Source: a virus
Length of the DNA stretch: 63,097 bases
UHGV virus genome: UHGV-0209665
Strand: one strand, 5' to 3'
Notes under the pieces: model-generated
The model's input: the letters and a program-made list of their open reading frames with translations, nothing else
Told to the model about the DNA's origin: nothing
The model's database searches: none
Translations under genes and position numbers: made by a program
Part shown: in pieces, positions 58,303 through 63,097 of the stretch
Numbering within the stretch: the stretch's first letter is position 1
How the letters are laid out: each line of letters starts with the position of its first letter

Positions 58303-59372
58303 AACTGAAAAAATATGAGTTGGTAAGAGCGATTGACAAAGTAAAAAGTGTTGTTCAGAAAAATCCACAGAGACCGGCTTTGGGAGGGGTTCTGATCAAA
58401 GAAGGTTATGTAATAGCTGCGAACAACGAAATAACGATACAGGTCAAGGTAGAGGGTGCTGATGAGGAATCATTTATACTTCCTGCAAAGGCGTTTGATT
58501 TGATAAAGAATCTCCCGGAAGGCGAGGTTGAAGTAAAGTGCGATGAGAAGTATGTTGTAACGATACAGATGGAAAAGATTAAGAATAGTTACCAGTCATT
58601 TCCTGCGGAAGATTTTATGTATAGCAAGATAGAAACTGGAGAGGAAAACGGGATAATCCTTCCGGGAAAATTATTGATAGAATCGTTTTCTCATGTTCTA
58701 TATGCAGCTGCAGATAAGTCACCGGGACACCAGGAGTTAGAGGGAATATATCTTGAAGGTGGAGAAGAATGCATGAATCTTGCGGCGACGGATGGGCATG
58801 TAATGTGTTGGGACCAGATCAAAGCCTCTGGAGTTTCTGATCTGAAACTGATAGTACCTAAAACAGCAGCTAAAAAACTTACCTCTATGGGAATGGATGA
58901 TGATGTGAACCTGTCTTACGACAGCAATAGTGCGATTTTCAAGACGGACAATTATGTAATTCACACAAGAATTTATAACGGTAAGTACATACCATATCAG
59001 AAGATGTTTATTGAGATGGATAACTACACTATTGTAAATCGTGATGAGCTGATCGGAGCCATGACACGAGCGAAGATGTGTACAGATGAAAATGTTCCGG
59101 CTGAATTTGATGTGTCTGACAGAGAAATAAACCTAATACTGAAAGATAAAGTAACGAACTACCAAGAAAAAGTAGCTTTGCAGGAACCGATTAGAAATCC
59201 GATACGAATCGGCTTTGATTCTCGGCTTGTTCTGGAGACGATAAAAGCATTCACATGCGAAAACATTACATTGAACTTTTCGGGATCTAAAACTCCGATG
59301 ATTGTACAGGCGGAGGATTCAGATATGAAAGCGTTGGTTCTTCCGGTAATGCTGAAAGGGGCATCAAAATGA
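58299..59372 (+). CDS. DNA polymerase III beta sliding clamp homologue
   Basis: 357 aa; N-terminal region and overall length typical of DnaN. Confidence 0.55.
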   Translation: MKLKKYELVRAIDKVKSVVQKNPQRPALGGVLIKEGYVIAANNEITIQVKVEGADEESFILPAKAFDLIKNLPEGEVEVKCDEKYVVTIQMEKIKNSYQSFPAEDFMYSKIETGEENGIILPGKLLIESFSHVLYAAADKSPGHQELEGIYLEGGEECMNLAATDGHVMCWDQIKASGVSDLKLIVPKTAAKKLTSMGMDDDVNLSYDSNSAIFKTDNYVIHTRIYNGKYIPYQKMFIEMDNYTIVNRDELIGAMTRAKMCTDENVPAEFDVSDREINLILKDKVTNYQEKVALQEPIRNPIRIGFDSRLVLETIKAFTCENITLNFSGSKTPMIVQAEDSDMKALVLPVMLKGASK

Positions 59373-59863
59373 GTAATATAGATGAGAAGGTAAAAAAACT
59401 TTTGGAATATGACTTGCAACCTACTCTGCGAGGTGGATGGAAAATAACAGAAGAAATGAGAGTGTTAATCCATGAAATTGCTGAGGAGTGTAACAGCTTA
59501 GAAGTAACGCAAAAAATAAATACGGATATACCGGAGTGGCTTGAAGAGGCTGCTCCGGAGGAAATCTATATACACATGCTCAAGAAGATCGTTTCCGCTC
59601 CAACAAGGATGCATATGATTTGCGTTCCTCGCGTCTTGATACCGATTATAGATCAAAAGCTTTGCAAAAACGAGGAAATTTTTCCGCATGTTGTCGGGCA
59701 GGAAGCGGAGATGTTTGTTAATGGAGAATGGAAAAGGGGAAGAGTTGTTGAAGGGTACAGGTTTAAAGATGGGATTGTGACGATTGAAACTCCGGAAGGG
59801 GAACGGATATGGTGTGGGGAAGATAGAAAGGATTTATACCGGCTAGCGAAAGTGGAAGATTAG
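59369..59863 (+). CDS. hypothetical protein (164 aa)
   Basis: ORF. Confidence 0.3.
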   Translation: MSNIDEKVKKLLEYDLQPTLRGGWKITEEMRVLIHEIAEECNSLEVTQKINTDIPEWLEEAAPEEIYIHMLKKIVSAPTRMHMICVPRVLIPIIDQKLCKNEEIFPHVVGQEAEMFVNGEWKRGRVVEGYRFKDGIVTIETPEGERIWCGEDRKDLYRLAKVED

Positions 59864-59879
59864 TCGAGAGGATAATGAG

Positions 59880-60293
59880 ATGGAAGACAGAGAAGATAGA
59901 TTGTGGTTCCTTTTCCAGTTTCTTCATGATGTTGAGGAGAAAATGTCAAAAGAAGAACAAAAGCAGGTGATGATAGAGAAAGCAATAAACCTAAAGCTCA
60001 TGTGCGATTATGTTGTAAGCTGCTCCTATCTCGACATAGTGCTGATCATATGCATGTTAAGGGATTACGTCCGGATGGTTGACGAAATAAGAAGAGACGA
60101 CATTCAATGGTCTGCATATTACCGGGATAAATTCACTAGAATGGCAGATCGGCTTTCGGAACAGATTGAATATAACTATGATGCGGCGAAAGAGAGGTGT
60201 CTGGCGAAGCGTCAGAAAGAGGAAACCGCAAGAGATATAGGCGAAGATGCAATGACACTGGCCGTTAAGTACGGAAAAGGAAAGAAAAAATGA
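59880..60293 (+). CDS. hypothetical protein (137 aa)
   Basis: ORF. Confidence 0.3.
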   Translation: MEDREDRLWFLFQFLHDVEEKMSKEEQKQVMIEKAINLKLMCDYVVSCSYLDIVLIICMLRDYVRMVDEIRRDDIQWSAYYRDKFTRMADRLSEQIEYNYDAAKERCLAKRQKEETARDIGEDAMTLAVKYGKGKKK

Positions 60294-60313
60294 TGATTTA
60301 GGAGGAAAATAGT

Positions 60314-60670
60314 ATGCACAGATTATGTTTTTACGGATATAGCGATGATACATTTGGAGAATATGGTGTGACTGGCGATGATATTGATAACTGCGGAAAC
60401 TGTGAACCCATTCAGTGTGTGATCGATTGTGGGCAGAATGGCAGACTGATGGTAATAGGACAGTATTCAAGGGCTTCCGCTGACAACGGCTGCTGGATGG
60501 TTGGGGTGAGTAAAGTTGATGAATATGATGAGTGGCCGGATTGGGCTATTTCAACTGAGTCCTGCAAAGAAGTAGAATATTCGCCAAAACTTGTTATCGA
60601 TATTCCGGCTGGAAGGTTTGAATTTACCTGGTACAAAAACGGTGAGAAGGTTGGAAAAACTGACATTTAG
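60314..60670 (+). CDS. hypothetical Cys-rich protein (118 aa)
   Basis: ORF with AGGAGG RBS. Confidence 0.3.
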   Translation: MHRLCFYGYSDDTFGEYGVTGDDIDNCGNCEPIQCVIDCGQNGRLMVIGQYSRASADNGCWMVGVSKVDEYDEWPDWAISTESCKEVEYSPKLVIDIPAGRFEFTWYKNGEKVGKTDI

Positions 60671-60685
60671 GAAGGGGGGACTGAC

Positions 60686-61000
60686 ATGACAGTATCGGAG
60701 AAGATAAAAGTAAAAGACGTTACAACGCACAGCAAAAACGACAAAGACAGGAAGCCGAGAATTGTTGAACTGGAAGTATGTGGAATCAAGTTCAGAGTTC
60801 ATAGGTACATACATATTCCGGGGACGTGGTTTCTTTCTTGCAATGAATTCAATATTGATAAAGAGGACATGAAAACGGATGATCTGAAAGAAGCAATACA
60901 CAATGCAAGAGCATTTCTGGTCGGATATTTGGATGCAATGATTATTCAGTTGCAAAGCGCAAGCAAGATTCTTCAAGAAAGCGAGGAAATTGAAATATGA
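60686..61000 (+). CDS. hypothetical protein (104 aa)
   Basis: ORF. Confidence 0.3.
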   Translation: MTVSEKIKVKDVTTHSKNDKDRKPRIVELEVCGIKFRVHRYIHIPGTWFLSCNEFNIDKEDMKTDDLKEAIHNARAFLVGYLDAMIIQLQSASKILQESEEIEI

Positions 61001-61452
61001 CAACAATAGAAAAAATATTACAGGAGATTGAAGAAATGAAATATCCAATTGATGGCATTGGATGTGGATTGGAAGATGCCGGAATCACAGATAGGTATGA
61101 ATCGGCTGAATATGGATGGAATGAGGCTGCTGACATGGCATACGATGTAGTTAAAAATCATTTATCTGATACGGAAAATGAAGGATGGATTCTCGTAGAA
61201 GATGGACTACCAGAAGAAAGAAACAGTATGTTCGCAAAATGGAAAGGAACAGATAAATGGTCTGAATCCATGTTTGAAAAAATCTCGAGTGATGTGAATG
61301 TGACTGTTGAATATGAAGATGGAACAAGACAAACGATAACTGCTCACACATTAGACGGAAAATGGGCGCTTCCGAACAGAGTTGTTAAGCAAAAGGTTAT
61401 TGCCTGGCGACCGCTTCCAGAATCCTACAATCCAGAGAAAGGATGTGGTTAA
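60997..61452 (+). CDS. hypothetical protein (151 aa)
   Basis: ORF. Confidence 0.3.
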   Translation: MTTIEKILQEIEEMKYPIDGIGCGLEDAGITDRYESAEYGWNEAADMAYDVVKNHLSDTENEGWILVEDGLPEERNSMFAKWKGTDKWSESMFEKISSDVNVTVEYEDGTRQTITAHTLDGKWALPNRVVKQKVIAWRPLPESYNPEKGCG

Positions 61453-61453
61453 A

Positions 61454-61639
61454 ATGAAGAGGGGACATAGAAGGATGCCTGCATATGGAGAATGCGAACA
61501 TGGAGGACGATATATTTTGGATGATTATACATGGTCAAGAAATCACACCAAGGCTGAAACTATCCGACGGTGGAAAAGAAATCTGAAGAAAAAAGCCAGA
61601 GCTGCAAATGCAAGGCTGTCGAGGGAGAGTGAGGAATGA
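61454..61639 (+). CDS. hypothetical basic protein (61 aa)
   Basis: ATG 61454 in frame with ORF 61382. Confidence 0.25.
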   Translation: MKRGHRRMPAYGECEHGGRYILDDYTWSRNHTKAETIRRWKRNLKKKARAANARLSRESEE

Positions 61640-61714
61640 AGTGAAAGATGAATAGTGCAGAGTGTTTGATACGTGCTCAGGGAGAACAGATATTAAGAGG
61701 GGAGGAAGGAAAAA

Positions 61715-61936
61715 ATGCCAGACAACATGGGAAAAAACGGGGAAGGATATCCGGATCCTACAGCCGGATCGGCATGGAGAAATATCCGAAAAGAAGAGAA
61801 TCGGCGGGAGATGGAGAGAGCAGCGGTAATCAGTAACCTTATACCGATTATGAAACAGACTGCGGAGCTGGCGGGATTTGAGGTTGTCGGCCGGATTGTC
61901 CTAAAGGACAAGCATACTGGAAAAGAATACAGATAG
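61715..61936 (+). CDS. hypothetical protein (73 aa)
   Basis: ORF with GGAGG RBS. Confidence 0.3.
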   Translation: MPDNMGKNGEGYPDPTAGSAWRNIRKEENRREMERAAVISNLIPIMKQTAELAGFEVVGRIVLKDKHTGKEYR

Positions 61937-61948
61937 GAGCGTGGTATT

Positions 61949-62335
61949 GTGAATGCAAGATATCCGAACTTGGAACTGCTTGAGTACAAAGCAAGAGTAG
62001 CATTATCTCAAGATGAAGAGTTTTTGAAGATCTTCGAAGAGAAGAAAAGGAACAATAAATATGCATATGCGGAAATAGATGCCGTAATGTTTCCACAAGT
62101 ATGGGGGAGCACTTGTACTGGATTTGACGTTACTGAAGATGGAAGCCCTACGCTTGGTGGCTGCGCGATGACAAAAGAATACACAACGGTGCTTCATGAG
62201 CTTGCTACTGATACATACATCATATTTTTTGGCGAGAAGATATGCTACAAAGTGACAAATGCGAATGCGAAGTTCTTTGAGGATCTTCAAAAAAGACGCA
62301 TGGCAAGTCTAAGTGAAGCGAAGCGGAGGTATTGA
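61949..62335 (+). CDS. hypothetical protein (128 aa)
   Basis: ORF. Confidence 0.3.
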   Translation: MNARYPNLELLEYKARVALSQDEEFLKIFEEKKRNNKYAYAEIDAVMFPQVWGSTCTGFDVTEDGSPTLGGCAMTKEYTTVLHELATDTYIIFFGEKICYKVTNANAKFFEDLQKRRMASLSEAKRRY

Positions 62336-62336
62336 T

Positions 62337-62987
62337 ATGGGTAAAAAGAGTGATGTTTCTCTGCAGACACTTGCGGAATTTATAAGAGATCTTGTATATG
62401 ATGATTTTTCCAGAAATTTAAGATGGAGCCTTAGTGTAATTCATCCAAAGACTGATGATGGAGATGTCGGTTTCTCTGGAGGTATATGGACTGATTATCA
62501 GAAAGCAAAAAATCAAATGAGCATAAGTTTCGGATTTAGTGATACAAAGGGAATATATAATTTCAAAGCATGGATAAATAGCTCTGAGATTCGTTTCTCG
62601 TTCGGGGAGAATCCGACGTTTGAAGATTTCAAAAAAACTGCAGAGCGTATCTTTATCGATGAAGAGTTTTGCATAAAGACCAAAACTCCATACGAGCGGA
62701 CAAGGGATAAAGTCTATGCTACGGGAAATAGGTGGGCGAAGGAGAATTTTGATGCCACTCATAATCAAAGGGAGGGCTACACTGTGTATACAAGGTGCCA
62801 AAAGTGCGGAAAGAAACTTACAGATTCGGAAAGTATGCGAAGAGGATATGGACCGGAGTGCTGGTCACAGATTAGTGGCATCTCTTCGGCCGATTCGGTC
62901 GGATCGGTAGACGAAGCTGAACTTCCAGGGCAAATGACCATATTTGACTTCCCTGATGCTATTCCAGATGGAGGTATGAATGGGTGA
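62337..62987 (+). CDS. hypothetical protein with C-terminal CxxC...GYGPEC zinc-binding-like motif
   Basis: ATG 62337 after GGAGG RBS. Confidence 0.3.
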   Translation: MGKKSDVSLQTLAEFIRDLVYDDFSRNLRWSLSVIHPKTDDGDVGFSGGIWTDYQKAKNQMSISFGFSDTKGIYNFKAWINSSEIRFSFGENPTFEDFKKTAERIFIDEEFCIKTKTPYERTRDKVYATGNRWAKENFDATHNQREGYTVYTRCQKCGKKLTDSESMRRGYGPECWSQISGISSADSVGSVDEAELPGQMTIFDFPDAIPDGGMNG

Positions 62988-63097
62988 AATTGTCTTATTC
63001 CCTACACACAAAGATTACTGTGGAAAGTGTGTGTATAACGATGAAAAAACTGGTGGATGCTCAAATGAAGAATACATAAAAAATTCGTACAAAGTGA
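62980..63097 (+). CDS. partial CDS (5' end only), Cys-rich
   Basis: ATG 62980 after GGAGGT RBS; open to the window end. Confidence 0.3.
   Translation, partial: MGEIVLFPTHKDYCGKCVYNDEKTGGCSNEEYIKNSYKV

Larger units (their letters stand above)
1..63097. mobile_element. Temperate tailed phage / prophage genome, apparently complete and circularly permuted in this window
   Basis: Gene content covers late regulator, terminase, head, contractile tail, DGR, lysis, integrase, lysogeny switch and replication/recombination. The integrase lies internally next to the lysogeny module. A partial ORF at the right end faces late genes at the left end. Confidence 0.6.

Noticed and set aside
1-63097. CRISPR arrays or rRNA/tRNA genes
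   Set aside because: No regularly spaced short direct repeats and no rRNA-like or cloverleaf tRNA-like segments were seen. The only long repeats are the DGR VR/TR pair and intragenic repeats.

Overview
The window reads as one temperate tailed-phage genome (or excised prophage) of Firmicutes type, written in circularly permuted order. Coding density is high, and nearly all genes are on the + strand except the integrase and lysogeny genes. The order is as follows. A late regulator comes first. Next is an unusual accessory block: a sodium:solute symporter-like transporter translationally coupled to two tandem PAPS-reductase-like / ParB-like gene pairs. Then come terS, terL, the portal and a Mu-like head module. 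A PBSX-like contractile tail follows (sheath, tube, chaperone with a -1 frameshift, tape measure, LysM protein, baseplate). Next is a complete diversity-generating retroelement (target tail fibre with VR, avd, TR, RT), then the lysis cassette (XhlA-like protein, holin, GH73 + amidase + 3xSH3b endolysin). An amidoligase + AIG2/GGCT-like moron operon sits on the - strand, followed by the tyrosine integrase (-) and a lysogeny switch with repressors and a lipoprotein. A long early region closes the window: excisionase-like gene, fused SbcD-SbcC nuclease, replisome organizer with internal iterons, a truncated HsdM-like protein, a PcfJ-like protein, a DUF5131 protein with a radical-SAM-like CxxxCxxC motif, a RecU-like resolvase and a sliding clamp. 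The early region runs to the window end into a partial ORF, and the window starts just before the late regulator and terminase, so the sequence looks like a complete, arbitrarily linearised phage genome. Candidates I consider most interesting: (i) the amidoligase/GGCT operon between lysis and integration modules, a computationally predicted but experimentally uncharacterised peptide/metabolite-tagging system; (ii) the transporter + duplicated PAPS-reductase-like/ParB-like block abutting terS, a possible DNA modification or packaging accessory reminiscent of DndBC/SspBD; (iii) the DGR mutating a C-type-lectin/FGE-fold tail fibre, with 10/10 VR-TR mismatches at TR adenines. All protein family calls come from motif recognition by eye, not database searches.
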